DNA of 64,000 bases from a virus. The DNA lies in the IMG/VR virus record IMGVR_UViG_3300036829_000104, positions 1-64,000 of that record; one strand, given 5' to 3'. The notes beneath the pieces were generated by a model, which saw only the letters and a program-made list of their open reading frames with translations, was not told the DNA's origin and made no database searches. Both the position numbers and the translations under genes were made by a program. How positions within the stretch are numbered: the first letter of the stretch is position 1; each line of letters starts with the position of its first letter. This document shows positions 11,035 through 21,482 of the stretch, piece after piece.

Positions 11035-11318
11035 CGCGTGCCGCCTTCCAGGCACTCAACCCACGAGGCGGCCATGGCGGCGACCTGGATGAGTTCCTTG
11101 ACGAGCTTGTCGCGGTCGCCGTCCTGGTCATAGGTCAGCTCATGGGCGACTTCGCCGACTTCCTCGACGAGGATGGCGAGTCGCTCGTGGGCGGTGTACT
11201 GCGGGCCGAGCATCGAGTGCTCGCCGTGCTTGAGGTGGGCGCGCGTGGCCTCGGCCTGGATGGCGCTGAGCGTCAGGCCTGAGAGGACTAGCTGCGGCGC
11301 CGTAACGGTGTCTGTCAT
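11031..11318 (-). CDS. MazG-like nucleotide pyrophosphohydrolase
   Basis: LVEEVGEVAHE...KELIQVAAMA all-alpha EExxE motif. Confidence 0.75.
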   Translation of the reverse strand: MTDTVTAPQLVLSGLTLSAIQAEATRAHLKHGEHSMLGPQYTAHERLAILVEEVGEVAHELTYDQDGDRDKLVKELIQVAAMAASWVECLEGGTR

Positions 11319-11368
11319 TTGATTTGCTCCTATCGCCTGAGTGCGGCACGGTCGAAGGTGGTAGGTGG

Positions 11369-11824
11369 TCACAGGTCCGCTGTCGGTTGCGGTCCGTACA
11401 GGCCGCTGGCGACGGTGCGGGTCAGCCTGGCGAGCCGTCGGTATTTCTCCTCGGTCGTGTGACCGTCCCACTCCACGCTGCCGCCCGGGATGTGGTCGAA
11501 CGCGTCCAGGTCGCCGAGCGCGATGTGCCAGGTCATCTGCCCCGATGGCGTGGTGATCGCGATGACGGGCCAGTCCGGGTCGTGGTCGTCGCCGTCGTCG
11601 ATCGCCGACGGATAGCAAGCGGCGAGGTAGGCGACCAGGTGAGCGCGCTCACCGTAAGCCTTGTCGCGCTCAGCGGCGACGGGATCGATAGCGGCCTGTG
11701 CGGCGGCGTCCCAGGTGGCTCGCGTGTCCTCGGGAAGCTGGCCCCACGGCCGCGTGATTGGCGGCGTGAGGCGCTGCGCCCATACTTCGTACGCGGCCTG
11801 CCCGGGTGTCTTCTTCTCGTTCAT
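11369..11824 (-). CDS. 'KTPG' N-module fused to a WDGH-motif domain
   Basis: MNEKKTPGQAA...; GQMTWHI...EWDGHTTEEKYRRL. Confidence 0.7.
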   Translation of the reverse strand: MNEKKTPGQAAYEVWAQRLTPPITRPWGQLPEDTRATWDAAAQAAIDPVAAERDKAYGERAHLVAYLAACYPSAIDDGDDHDPDWPVIAITTPSGQMTWHIALGDLDAFDHIPGGSVEWDGHTTEEKYRRLARLTRTVASGLYGPQPTADL

Positions 11825-12336
11825 GTGCTGCTCCTGGGTTTGAGTGCGGCGGCGCGGTCGAAGGTGTCGTAGACGGTCACAGCGGGCCCATGCCGAGCTG
11901 CTTGCGCCAGTGGTTGACGATGGCGCGCTGGTCGATGGCCTGCGAGCTGGAGCCGACGGGCCTGATGAAGCCGACGGCGTCGCGGGCGATGGTGCGGTAG
12001 TGGTCCCGCTCGGCGCGGGCCTCGTCGCGTTCGCGCTCCAGCTCGCCGATGCGGGCGCCGTGGTCGCAGCAGGTGCCGTTGACCTGGGCTCGCAGAGCGT
12101 CGTTGCGTTCGCGGGTGACGGTCTCCAGTTCGTCAGCGGCGACGTCGTCCGCCTCAGTCGCGTTCATGGCCGCCGTGGCTTCCTCCATCAGCGTCTCGGC
12201 CTGGCTGCGGGCGTAGGTCTTCCCGCAGTCGCACGGGCCGGGATTGAACCACGATCCTTTCGGCGGCTGGACGGGGAACGAGCACTTGTGGGCGGGCTGC
12301 GTGGTCATGTGCTGCTCCTGGGTTTGAGTGCGGCGG
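11821..12336. repeat. 32-bp perfect direct repeat (RBS plus start codon) flanking gene 11877-12309
   Basis: TCATGTGCTGCTCCTGGGTTTGAGTGCGGCGG at 11821-11852 and 12305-12336. Confidence 0.9.
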
Positions 12337-12352
12337 GGTGTCTCGTCGTGGT

Positions 12353-12655
12353 TCATGAGGCGGCCAGCATGCGCAGCCACCCGGCGTGGATGGCGTGGAG
12401 CTCGTGGCGGATGTTCCACCGGCCGGCTAGTTCCTCGTTGCCACCGTCGATGGCGTCGTCACGGAACCGTGCGGCGCTGGCAGCCTCAAGTCCGCTCTTG
12501 TCCGCCATGGCGGTGATGGCCTCGCGCAGCTGCTTGCGTTCCGCCTCCAGCTCGGTGATGCGGGCGCGGAGGACGTCGATCTCGCGGTATGCCCGGCCAA
12601 GCTCCTTGCCCATGTCGCCGAGCGGGGTGCGCTGCCGGGGTGTCTTCTCGGTCAT
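12353..12655 (-). CDS. Hypothetical, paralog of the 9710-10222 C-terminus
   Basis: ITAMADKSGLEAASAARFR...WNIRH vs ITALADRCGLEAASAAQFR...WNIRH. Confidence 0.7.
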   Translation of the reverse strand: MTEKTPRQRTPLGDMGKELGRAYREIDVLRARITELEAERKQLREAITAMADKSGLEAASAARFRDDAIDGGNEELAGRWNIRHELHAIHAGWLRMLAAS

Positions 12656-13790
12656 CGTGTTCCTTCCAGTGTTTGAGCGGTCTCCGCCGCGGCGGACTTG
12701 ACGGTGTGCTCGGCTGCCTGCACTGCGAGTGCCTCGGCGACGGCAGCGGCCACGAGGGCCTCGGCGGCGTCCATCACCTGCGTGACGCCCGGCCCGGTGA
12801 TGCGGTCGATCTCGGCCTCGTCGCTGACCGGGGTGCGGAACAGGGCGTTCCCGAGGCAGCGCGTCACCGTGGAGTTGAGCGCCATGCGGGCGGCAGCGGA
12901 TGCGGTTGACATGGGGGGTTGTCCTAGCTGCGGGAATGGGTTGGTTGCGCGGGAAACTCGGGAGAGGCGGCCAGTGCCGCCAGGTGCGCGTGCCACCGCT
13001 CGTGGTGGCCGCCAGCGTTGACCGGGACCGTCGGCTGCCAGCTCCAGCCGCAGGCGCAGCCGATGCCGCACATGCCCGGCTCCGCGCCGGGATTCAGCCA
13101 GTGCGGCAGGTGGCCGCCGTCCGTGACCAGCGGGGCATGGGCGGGGCACAGGTAGCCAGAGGCGACCCGGTTGAGCTGGCACCAGCCGGGCGCCTTGGCC
13201 AGGCCGCTGTAAAGCTCGCCGATGTTGAACGACTCGCCGCAGTCCGGGAGCATGCAGTGGCGCAGGTAGCCGGGATCGGTGAAGTCCGCCGCCGTCACGC
13301 CGCCACCTCCAGCGCGGCCGGCGGGTTCAGCGGCCACTGCGCCGCCGCCGCGTCCCACCACACCGGCCACGACGTCCCGCACGCCTCATGCGTGTAGTCG
13401 GCACGCAGGGAGCCGTTACCGGCCGGGGTGACCTTGGACGGGAGGACCGCGGGGTGGTCACCGGGATGGCAGGACGGGCACGAGTCGGCCAGGAACTGGG
13501 CGGTCACGACGCCAGCCGCCGTCCACGCGCAGCCTCGGCGATGAGAATGCAGCCGAGGCGCTCCGCCTGGTCTGGGGTGAGGTCCAGCCGGACACCCGCG
13601 TCCGGGATCGTCAGGTTCACGAGCTCCAAGCCGGGCGCGTAACCCCCGGCCCACACGTCGATCAGCGTCTCCACCCCGTCGTGATCCGGAGGATGGGTAA
13701 GCCCGTCGAACCGCTCGGTGGTGTTGCGGGTGTAGGCCGCGTCGAACTCGCAGGACACGAAGTGGGCCGGATCTGGCGCAGGGGAAGTCA

Positions 13791-14195
13791 TCACGCCGCC
13801 TCCCTCGCGGCGACCTGGATACGCGAAGACGGGCTATCGCCGGACACCTCGCGGAGCAGGCTGTCCCAGTCCGACAGGTCGAACCAGTTCTTCTCCATCA
13901 GGTGCGCAGTCCAGCGGCACAGGGCCGACCAGGTCGCGATCCGAGGCACGTCAATCTCATAGCATCCCTGGTCGCGGTCATCGCGGCATTTGTCGTGCGC
14001 CGAGCGCCAGCGGACATCCTCCGGGTGCGTCAGCAGCTCCGTGATGTCGATCGCCGTACCGGACGGGTGGCGCTCCTCCCAGTCCGCTCGCGCCGCCTGC
14101 GCGGCGGTGACCTCGCCGAGGCGGACATACAGGCTGCCGGTGTCGCCCTGGATCGGGAACGAGCAGGTCTGGCAGATCAGGGTCAGGTCGCTCAC
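13791..14195 (-). CDS. Hypothetical Cys/His protein
   Basis: CQTC...HDKC; coupled to the dnaB stop. Confidence 0.65.
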   Translation of the reverse strand: MSDLTLICQTCSFPIQGDTGSLYVRLGEVTAAQAARADWEERHPSGTAIDITELLTHPEDVRWRSAHDKCRDDRDQGCYEIDVPRIATWSALCRWTAHLMEKNWFDLSDWDSLLREVSGDSPSSRIQVAAREAA

Positions 14196-15583
14196 TTGGC
14201 ACCATCCATGGCTGAAGAGGGGGACCAGTCGCGGGACAGGGAGACCATCCGCCCGTAGTGTCCTTGGAATTGGAGGGTCACGGTCGTCTGAGCCCCCTGC
14301 CTGTTCTTGGTGATCAGAAGGTCGATTTCGCCTGCCCGCGGCGACTCCGGGTTCTGGGCGTCGTCCCGGTGCAGGAGGATCACGATGTCTGCGGACTGCT
14401 CGATCTCGCCCGACTCGCGAAGGTCGGCGCTGACCGGCACCTTGTCGGCGCGTGTCTCCGGGTTCCGGTTGAGCTGGGCGAGGAGGACGATCGGCATCTC
14501 GAACTCGCGGGCCATGATCTTCACGCCGCGGGCGAGCGCCGCCACCTGCTGCTGCCGCGACTCGGCCCTCGGCGCCCCCATGAGGCCGAGGTAGTCGATC
14601 ACCAGCAGCCGCGCCGGGTCGCCGGAGCGTGCCATGGCTCGCAGGCGCCCGCGGATGTGTGCGAGCGTCTGCTCTGACGTGTGGTCGATGAACAGCCGGG
14701 TCTCCATCAGCCGGTCATGCACCCGTGAGATCAGGTCCCATTCGGGGTCGGTCACCTGGTGGCGGACGATGTGCTTCAGCGGCACCTTCGACGCGGCCGA
14801 AATGCGCCGCTGGGTCAGCTGCTCCTCGGTCATCTCCAGGCTGGCGAACAGCACCGGCAGGCCGAGGCGGCTGGCCACGTGGTCGGCGAGCCCGAGGCCC
14901 GCGAGGGACTTCCCGACCCCGGGCCTCGCGCCGATCACGATCACCTCGTGCGGCCTCATGCCGCCGATCGCGTCGTCAAGGTCAGGGAATCCGGTGGACA
15001 GCCCCGGGTCAACATCGTTCTCGAGCGCGTCCAGCACCTCGCGGACCGTCTCCGAGTTCGGGCGCAGCGCGGTTGTCCCGGCGAAGGCTGTCGCGTCCTC
15101 GACGATCTTGCGGATCTGGTCGAGGTGGACGTCCGAGTCGAATCCGGGGCCGCCGGCGATCTGCCCGCAGGTGGCGAGCGCGGCGCGGATGTTCCGCTGC
15201 TGCGCGGCTGCGATGACCTGCGGGGCGTGGTAGCCGATGTTCCCGGCGCGCTCCATCAGCGAGTGCAGGAACACGCCGCCGTGGCCGAGGCCCTTAGCGC
15301 CAACCTTGGATAGCAGGCCGACGCGGGACAGCTCGCCGAGCACCGAGGAGGGATCCACCTCGGTACCCGCGTCGAGCAGCTGCTCCACGGCCTCGAGCAC
15401 GACGCGATTCGCGTTCGCGGCCAGGAACTCTGGGCGGAGGACGGCGAGCGCCTCGGTCGCGCCGGCAGATGACTGGATCGCAGTGCCGAGGACGGCGCGC
15501 TCGGCAACCACCGCGGGGCTTTCGTCTTCCGGCTCGTCCCAGTCGTCAACAGGGGCGAGGTGGCGGGGCGTGGGCTCGGTCAC
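14192..15583 (-). CDS. dnaB: DnaB-like replicative helicase
   Basis: GARPGVGKS Walker A, SLEM, IDYLGL, AQLNR, DLRESGEIEQSAD, KNRQG. Confidence 0.96.
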   Translation of the reverse strand: MTEPTPRHLAPVDDWDEPEDESPAVVAERAVLGTAIQSSAGATEALAVLRPEFLAANANRVVLEAVEQLLDAGTEVDPSSVLGELSRVGLLSKVGAKGLGHGGVFLHSLMERAGNIGYHAPQVIAAAQQRNIRAALATCGQIAGGPGFDSDVHLDQIRKIVEDATAFAGTTALRPNSETVREVLDALENDVDPGLSTGFPDLDDAIGGMRPHEVIVIGARPGVGKSLAGLGLADHVASRLGLPVLFASLEMTEEQLTQRRISAASKVPLKHIVRHQVTDPEWDLISRVHDRLMETRLFIDHTSEQTLAHIRGRLRAMARSGDPARLLVIDYLGLMGAPRAESRQQQVAALARGVKIMAREFEMPIVLLAQLNRNPETRADKVPVSADLRESGEIEQSADIVILLHRDDAQNPESPRAGEIDLLITKNRQGAQTTVTLQFQGHYGRMVSLSRDWSPSSAMDGAK

Positions 15584-15963
15584 GACGCCTCCAGCTCGCG
15601 CCGCGCCTGCCGCGCAACCGCCTGGACGGCGGGAGCGGGGTCGCGGCCGTCCGCGATGGCGACCGCGGCGGCACGCAGGGCGGCGCCGTAGGCGACCGGG
15701 TTGTCGAGCAGCTCGGGCGGCGGCGGCGGGATCTCGGTGCGCTTCAGCCGCTCCGCGCGGATCTCGCGGACACGTTCCCGGACGTGCGCCGGCATGAGCC
15801 AGTCCGTCGTCTCGGTGTAGTGGGCGACGACCGCCGCCTCGCAGTCCGCGAACCGCAGGTCGCCGACAGCGGCGTGCCAGGCGGCGGCATCTGCCCTGCC
15901 GACTGTGCGCCGATCGAATGCGGCAGCGGCGGTAAGCAGGTCGATGGTTTCCTCGATCGTCAT
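15580..15963 (-). CDS. Helicase loader/inhibitor-like protein
   Basis: Position between initiator and dnaB; AAWH..L....AVVAHY...WLMPAHV pattern. Confidence 0.6.
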   Translation of the reverse strand: MTIEETIDLLTAAAAFDRRTVGRADAAAWHAAVGDLRFADCEAAVVAHYTETTDWLMPAHVRERVREIRAERLKRTEIPPPPPELLDNPVAYGAALRAAAVAIADGRDPAPAVQAVARQARRELEAS

Positions 15964-16832
15964 CGTGGCTCCTGGCTGCGGAGGCTGGCCTTGAGCGCCT
16001 GGGCATCGGCGACTCGCTGATCAGTGGTGGAGGGGCGCGGCGCGCCGGCAGGCCGCTGCGGATTCGGCGAGAAGCCCTGAAGCTCAGTCCGCAGGCTGTC
16101 GACGGTGACGGAGCGGTTTTCGGCAGCAAGGCGGAGCAGGGCGGCTCGGATCTCGTCATCGGTGAAGCGCCTGGAGCGGATCGCCTTGAGGACGACGCCG
16201 TTGACGGCCGGCCACTTGCACAGCGGCTCGGCTTCGGCGTAGGCGTCGGTCAGCCGCTTGGAGCGCTGAGTCTCGCTGAGTTCGCCAGCCGGCTCGCCGG
16301 CAGACACCGTAGGTGTCTGTACGTCTCTGTCGTCTGTAAGACCGTTAGGTCTTACAGAGACAGAGACAGCGTTGCTGCTCGTTTGCTGAGCATTTTTGTT
16401 AGCAACTTGCTTACCGGTCGTCTTAGACGTGTGTTGACCTGGTCGTTTGCGGCTCTTGGTGCCCCCTGCGCGACCAGCCTCGGCGCGTACTTTCGAGAGC
16501 TCCTCGACGTCCTGTTTGGTGCCGTTGCGCTTCAAGTAGGCGCACACTTGCCAACCCTGTGCTTCGAGGTTGCTTACCTCTTTGATTAGCCCAACGGAAG
16601 CAAGTTGCTTAGCAAGTTGGTTAGCGTGGTCGAGAGGTACCGGGTAGGCCAGCAGGCCGATCTGTTCATCTGGGACGAATCCGTCCGTGAGAAGCCGCTT
16701 GCAGTGCAAGATCATCTGCACGTACAGGTCGCGGGCGAGGATGCCATCAATCCCGTAGCGGGCAAGCGCACGGACCTTAGGGTCATCAGCGAACGTCACC
16801 GAGAGCTTGATGTAGATCTCGCTAATGGGCAT
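15960..16832 (-). CDS. Phage replication initiator (replisome organizer)
   Basis: YIKLSVTFADDPKV N-terminus, TDGFVP; internal AT-rich repeats; lies upstream of loader and helicase. Confidence 0.75.
   Translation of the reverse strand: MPISEIYIKLSVTFADDPKVRALARYGIDGILARDLYVQMILHCKRLLTDGFVPDEQIGLLAYPVPLDHANQLAKQLASVGLIKEVSNLEAQGWQVCAYLKRNGTKQDVEELSKVRAEAGRAGGTKSRKRPGQHTSKTTGKQVANKNAQQTSSNAVSVSVRPNGLTDDRDVQTPTVSAGEPAGELSETQRSKRLTDAYAEAEPLCKWPAVNGVVLKAIRSRRFTDDEIRAALLRLAAENRSVTVDSLRTELQGFSPNPQRPAGAPRPSTTDQRVADAQALKASLRSQEPR
16323..16625. other. Putative replication origin inside the initiator gene
   Basis: 20-bp stem hairpin at 16323-16367; AGCAA(C/G)TTG(C/G)TT iteron-like repeats at ~16401, 16599, 16611; low GC. 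Confidence 0.6.
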
Positions 16833-17147
16833 AAGGCACCCCGCTCGAGCGCGTCGCGTCGCTGCCCGCGGCCGCCTCGTCGGCCCCGGTATCGGTGCCG
16901 TCCCGTCGCCGCGGATCAGGCCATACGGCCCGGACGCGTCCTCCCGGCTTCAATGCCGGGGCCGTGGTGGCGGGGGGGTTGTGGGCCACGGAAGGCCGCC
17001 TTCCTGGTCAATGTCGTAGTTGGGATATTCGGTGCGTTATTTACTTGATCCACACACTACACGTGTAGGCGAGTTCACGGCAACAGTTGCAAACGACCAG
17101 TAGATCAGGCATCATGACGTGAGAACGTGTTCTGGCATCATGAAGGG

Positions 17148-17396
17148 ATGTCGACAGAGGTGCCTGAGGTCCTGGAAGCCCGAGAGGCGTACAAGCAGGC
17201 GGAAGCCGATGCGCTGCTGCTGCGTGCCCGCGCGAGGGCACGCCTGGGACGCGCCGTCGAGGATGCCAACAAGCAGCGCGGCGTGAGCATCGAGAAGATC
17301 GCCCGTGAGCTGAAGGTCGCGGCCGAGCAGGTGCGCCGGTACCGGGACGCGTACCGCAACTGGGACCGGGATCACCCGGGCGTCCCGCTGGACTGA
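17148..17396 (+). CDS. Small HTH protein, counter-oriented
   Basis: GVSIEKIARELKVAAEQVRRY HTH; palindrome CTACACGTGTAG upstream. Confidence 0.7.
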   Translation: MSTEVPEVLEAREAYKQAEADALLLRARARARLGRAVEDANKQRGVSIEKIARELKVAAEQVRRYRDAYRNWDRDHPGVPLD

Positions 17397-17901
17397 CGGC
17401 GCTCACCCCCGCTCACCTCCCGCCGCGTTCCCGCGTTCCCGCCGCACAGGCACGAGCAGCGCGGCCAGCGTGATGGCGGCGCACCCGGCGACCACGACGG
17501 CGTACAGGACCCATGCGAGGCTCATGCGATGCCTCCCGGGTCTTTCGGCGCGTTGATCCGGGTGAGCTTCCACCTGCGCGCCCCGCAGCCTCCTGCCGGG
17601 CTGAGGAACATCAGCTCCGGCTGGGGCTGACCTCGTCGCATCTGCGCGTAGAGCACGCCGCCGTGAGGCGAGCTAAAGCGGACGGTGATGCTCTCCGGGG
17701 TGTCGTCGGATGCGGCGGCGCCGAGGATCTGTCCTGTTGCCAGCCGGGCCCAGGCTTTCGCCCGTGCGGCCGCGGGGCTGCCGGGGGCGGATGCGATCCG
17801 GTCCCCGAACGTGGCCCCGCGGCCCTTGCGGCGGCGTTCCAGCTCGGAGCGGGCGAGGTACCCGGCGGCGAGGGAGGACGCGGCGAGGAGGGCGGGGCGG
17901 A

Positions 17902-18543
17902 TCATGCGGCACCGTCCGCGGGGAGTTCCGTCACGTGCAGGACGATCCGGCCGCCGGGATGCCGCAGCCCGATGATCCCCTTGACCGACGCAACGTAGCG
18001 TTCGCTGTCATCAGGCAGCACTTTCGCCGCTACCAGCCCGTCGATACACGGCTTCCCGCTCGCCGGCGGAACATTATCGGGGTCGGTGTCACGGCTGTTG
18101 CCGGGCTGGTACTCGACGACGATCTCGGCGCGCTCGAGGCGGGGTACCTTCCGGCTGATCGCCGTCGCCCACGCGGCCTTCTTGAGCGCCTGGAAGCGGC
18201 GGTGGCGTTCCATGTGGTGCAGGCGCCCGTTCTGGGACAGCAGTTTCATCCCGGCGGGGAGCTCGATCACCCACTGTGGATCGGCCGGGGCGGCTGCGTG
18301 CGTACGCTCTGCCGCCCCGGCCGTGTCTGCGCGGCTCCCGGTTCCCCTCCTCCTGGCACCGGGAGCCGGGCCCCTGTCTGCGCCGGTGGGGGCTGGCGCA
18401 GACAGGGACGGTGAGGTGCTCCGGGCACCGTCAGGACGGGGGGCGACGGTGCCCGGAGCGGCGGCGCGAGTGTCCTCGAGCGCCACGGTTCCCCGGCCGG
18501 CTGATGGCGGGACGGCCGGGGAGCTTTCAGGGGTGCGGGTCAT
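17902..18543 (-). CDS. RusA-like Holliday junction resolvase
   Basis: RDTDPDN...KPCIDGLVAAKVLPDDS motif. Confidence 0.75.
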   Translation of the reverse strand: MTRTPESSPAVPPSAGRGTVALEDTRAAAPGTVAPRPDGARSTSPSLSAPAPTGADRGPAPGARRRGTGSRADTAGAAERTHAAAPADPQWVIELPAGMKLLSQNGRLHHMERHRRFQALKKAAWATAISRKVPRLERAEIVVEYQPGNSRDTDPDNVPPASGKPCIDGLVAAKVLPDDSERYVASVKGIIGLRHPGGRIVLHVTELPADGAA

Positions 18544-19616
18544 GCCGTCGCCACCTCAGCGGCGCGCGGGAACTCGGACCATTCGCGGCCGTCCAGTTCG
18601 CGCCCGGCACGCTTCTTTCCGACTCGGGTCGCAAACGCCCAGCCGTCAGGCAGTCCGCGTGTCCAGTTGGTCAGGTGATCCTCATTGCCGGCCACCCAGC
18701 CGGTGCTGCCATCCGGGTAGACGACAGTTGCCCCCTTGGGCTCCGAGAAGTCCTCAGGTGCCCACGGCGCATACTCGCCCCATTGCTTGAAGAAGAACGG
18801 GACGCCAGACTCCGCGCACTGGTCGCGCAGGGATCGTGCCCAGGCGGGATGCATCGGCCGGGCACCGGGACCGCTCTCTCCGCCGGCAATCACCCAGTCG
18901 AGCGACGGGCCGACGGTCAGCTCTTGCGTTATCAGCCCGGTCGGCTCGCGGTGCTCTGGTCCCCACCCCGGACGCCCGTCCAGCCAGTAGGTCAGGCGCG
19001 GCCGGTGCCCGTTCACGACCGGCCCGTGGAGGTCGATCGGCCCGAGCAGCGGCTCCGCCGAGATGAAACGGACCGCCGCCGGAGTCTCCAGCAGCGCCGG
19101 GATGCGGATGTCCGCCCAGTGCTGGTCCTCGGTGCTGACGCCAAGCCAGACGTTCGGGAGCGGCCACGGCGTCCCCTCAAGATCCCAGCCGCGTGCCGTC
19201 GCCGCAGCGAAGCACATCACCTGGAACTCCGGGGACGGCAGAAGCGACCGCATCCGCGCGTGCCGTTTCGTGAGTACCTGGAACGTGTGCTGTGACGCTC
19301 TTGCCATCACCGTGAACACGCAGGCGATGTACTCGTCCGGGACGTCCTTGTGGAACAGGTCGCTCATCGAATTTACGAAGACGCGCCTCGGCCGCTTCCA
19401 TCGCAGCGGCTGGTCCAGCTTGTCCGGCCGCAGCTGCACGTCGAAGCCGCGCTCGAAGTAGTGGCCGGGCGTCCCGCGCCAGCGCTCGGCGAACGTGGAC
19501 GCATAGCAGTGGTCACACCCGGGTGAAATCTTCTCGCAGCCAGTGACAGGATTCCAGGTCGCCCCGGCTGTCCCGTCGTCGCCGCGAGTCCATTCGATGC
19601 CGGTCTTGTCGCTCAT
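18540..19616 (-). CDS. DUF5131 (phage Gp37/Gp68) radical-SAM-like protein
   Basis: TGIEWT, WNPVTGCEKISPGCDHCYA, VFVNSMSDLFH, SAEPLLG, GGESG, FFFKQWG. Confidence 0.93.
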   Translation of the reverse strand: MSDKTGIEWTRGDDGTAGATWNPVTGCEKISPGCDHCYASTFAERWRGTPGHYFERGFDVQLRPDKLDQPLRWKRPRRVFVNSMSDLFHKDVPDEYIACVFTVMARASQHTFQVLTKRHARMRSLLPSPEFQVMCFAAATARGWDLEGTPWPLPNVWLGVSTEDQHWADIRIPALLETPAAVRFISAEPLLGPIDLHGPVVNGHRPRLTYWLDGRPGWGPEHREPTGLITQELTVGPSLDWVIAGGESGPGARPMHPAWARSLRDQCAESGVPFFFKQWGEYAPWAPEDFSEPKGATVVYPDGSTGWVAGNEDHLTNWTRGLPDGWAFATRVGKKRAGRELDGREWSEFPRAAEVATA

Positions 19617-19854
19617 CACAGAACCCCGTTCGCAAGGTCGTCTTCGATGGCCGCTTCGATCCCGGCTATCTCCGGGTCGTCGGGCAGGTAGTAGGTGCGC
19701 GCGGTGGCGCAGAAGATGATCAGATCGCCGGCGGTGAGCGGTGCGCCGGACCCGTCCACCGGGCCGAGCGGCTTCCGCGCCAGGCGCAGGTCGATCCGGC
19801 ACACCAGGGCGACGAGGGCGCGGCTGAGGATGCCGAGGGCGGTGAATGCGAGGC

Positions 19855-20352
19855 TCATGCTGCTGCCTCCGGCGGGATCTCGTACGTGCCGTCAGCTGTC
19901 AGCAGCATCAGCGCGCCAGCGCCGTGCGCGGACATGACCATGACCGGGACTTCGGCGGGGTCCTGCCACGACCGGACCGTGTAGCCGCGTGCCTCGTCGT
20001 GAGGGTCGCGGCGAGAGTCGATCCGCTCGTGGCATCCGGTTGTCCCGGTGCCCAGGACCGTTATCAGGTTCGACGGGCTGTTGCCGCCGCCCTGGGAGCG
20101 CCTCTTGCGATGCTGGAGGCTGTACGGCCGGCCTATGACGCTCACGCCGCAGCAGACGCAGCGGTGGTCGTCACGCTCGAGCACGAGCGCCCGGGTCTTC
20201 GCGTCCGGGCCCGTGTAGCGCGCCGCCTTCGGCCTCGCCGCGGTACGGACGGTCTCGCCGCCGCGTGCCATCGGCGACGGCCGGGACAGGCCCTTGCCGC
20301 GCGCCAGCTCCGTCTTGCGCTGCAGTCCTCCCGAACGCTTCAGCTCAGCCAT
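19855..20352 (-). CDS. HNH endonuclease
   Basis: ERDDHRCVCC, HRKRRSQGG.NSPSNL, GCH. Confidence 0.85.
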   Translation of the reverse strand: MAELKRSGGLQRKTELARGKGLSRPSPMARGGETVRTAARPKAARYTGPDAKTRALVLERDDHRCVCCGVSVIGRPYSLQHRKRRSQGGGNSPSNLITVLGTGTTGCHERIDSRRDPHDEARGYTVRSWQDPAEVPVMVMSAHGAGALMLLTADGTYEIPPEAAA

Positions 20353-20511
20353 GGTCGATGACCTCACCCTCCAGGTAGACGACCACGTTGCCGGGGCCCT
20401 GGCGGGACGGCTTCTTCGACGACTTGCCGGGGACGTCGAGCACCATCTGCTGACGCCGCACGGCCTCGGCGACCTCGGCGGGCGGGCCGTCGATGCGAAT
20501 GCGGACGCTCA

Positions 20512-20880
20512 TCACCGCACCCCCGCCGCGTTGTACATCGCCCGGACACTGTTGAGGATCGACTGCCACGCGAACAGTTCCTTGTCCAGCGCGCTCGCAG
20601 TCCGGATCGCATGCTTGTAGGACAACTCCGCGTCTTCGGCCTTCGACCGCTGCTCCAGCGTCTGCAGCGTGGCCTCGGCCTTCCGCAGGTACTCCGGACC
20701 TTCGGTGCGCTTGATGACGTGAGCCTGCGCGCGGTCGAACTCCAGCTTCGCGGCGTTCATGGCGCGCTCGGCCCCGGTGACGATCGACACCCCGGCGGCG
20801 ATGCGGTTCTTCGTTTCCACGATCTTCCGCTCGACGTCCACCGGGTTGTGGATGTCTCCGGAGACGTCGTGGCCGGTCAT
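20512..20880 (-). CDS. Helical hypothetical protein in the recombination module
   Basis: Coupled ORF, predicted helical. Confidence 0.65.
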   Translation of the reverse strand: MTGHDVSGDIHNPVDVERKIVETKNRIAAGVSIVTGAERAMNAAKLEFDRAQAHVIKRTEGPEYLRKAEATLQTLEQRSKAEDAELSYKHAIRTASALDKELFAWQSILNSVRAMYNAAGVR

Positions 20881-21482
20881 GACTCGCCGCCTGTCGGCAG
20901 CGCGAGCGCGTCCAGGGCGATGCCCTGCAGATCGCCGCGCTGCCATGCCGCGATCACCTCGTCGCGGGCGTTCTTCGCCGGCCGGTAGCTGAACGCCCCG
21001 GTCGGCTTGACGTCCGCGACCGCGGCGACCTGCTCCTTGTCGCCGCTCTCCTTGTCGACCAGGTAGCCGCCGGTCTCCTCGATCTCCTTCAGCAGCGCCG
21101 TCCGGACCTCGGCCCGGATGCGGGTGCGGACCAGTTCGGGGAACACGGCGCGGATCACGTCGAGGAGTTCGGTGTTCGTCACCGCGGACGGGTCAAGGTA
21201 GTCCTCGAGCCCTTCCGGGTTGTGCTCTTTCAGCCAGCCGGTGAGCGCGTCCTCGGTGACGCCGACGTTCTTGCCGCCGGCCTTGATCGAGATCAGCCCG
21301 ATCTCGGTTCCGTTCGGCATCATGACCTTCTGCTGCGGCGTGCCGTCTGCGCGCAGCGGCCCGAATGCCGCCTCGGCGTCCTTCCGCGCGCCCTTGTAGG
21401 CGCCGCTGATCTCCTTGCCGATCACGTCCAGCACGGCGACGCGCAGGGCGTGGTCTCGTGCCGACATGCTCCCGTCCGTCAT
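20877..21482 (-). CDS. Hypothetical protein in the recombination module
   Basis: Coupled to the ERF gene. Confidence 0.7.
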   Translation of the reverse strand: MTDGSMSARDHALRVAVLDVIGKEISGAYKGARKDAEAAFGPLRADGTPQQKVMMPNGTEIGLISIKAGGKNVGVTEDALTGWLKEHNPEGLEDYLDPSAVTNTELLDVIRAVFPELVRTRIRAEVRTALLKEIEETGGYLVDKESGDKEQVAAVADVKPTGAFSYRPAKNARDEVIAAWQRGDLQGIALDALALPTGGES

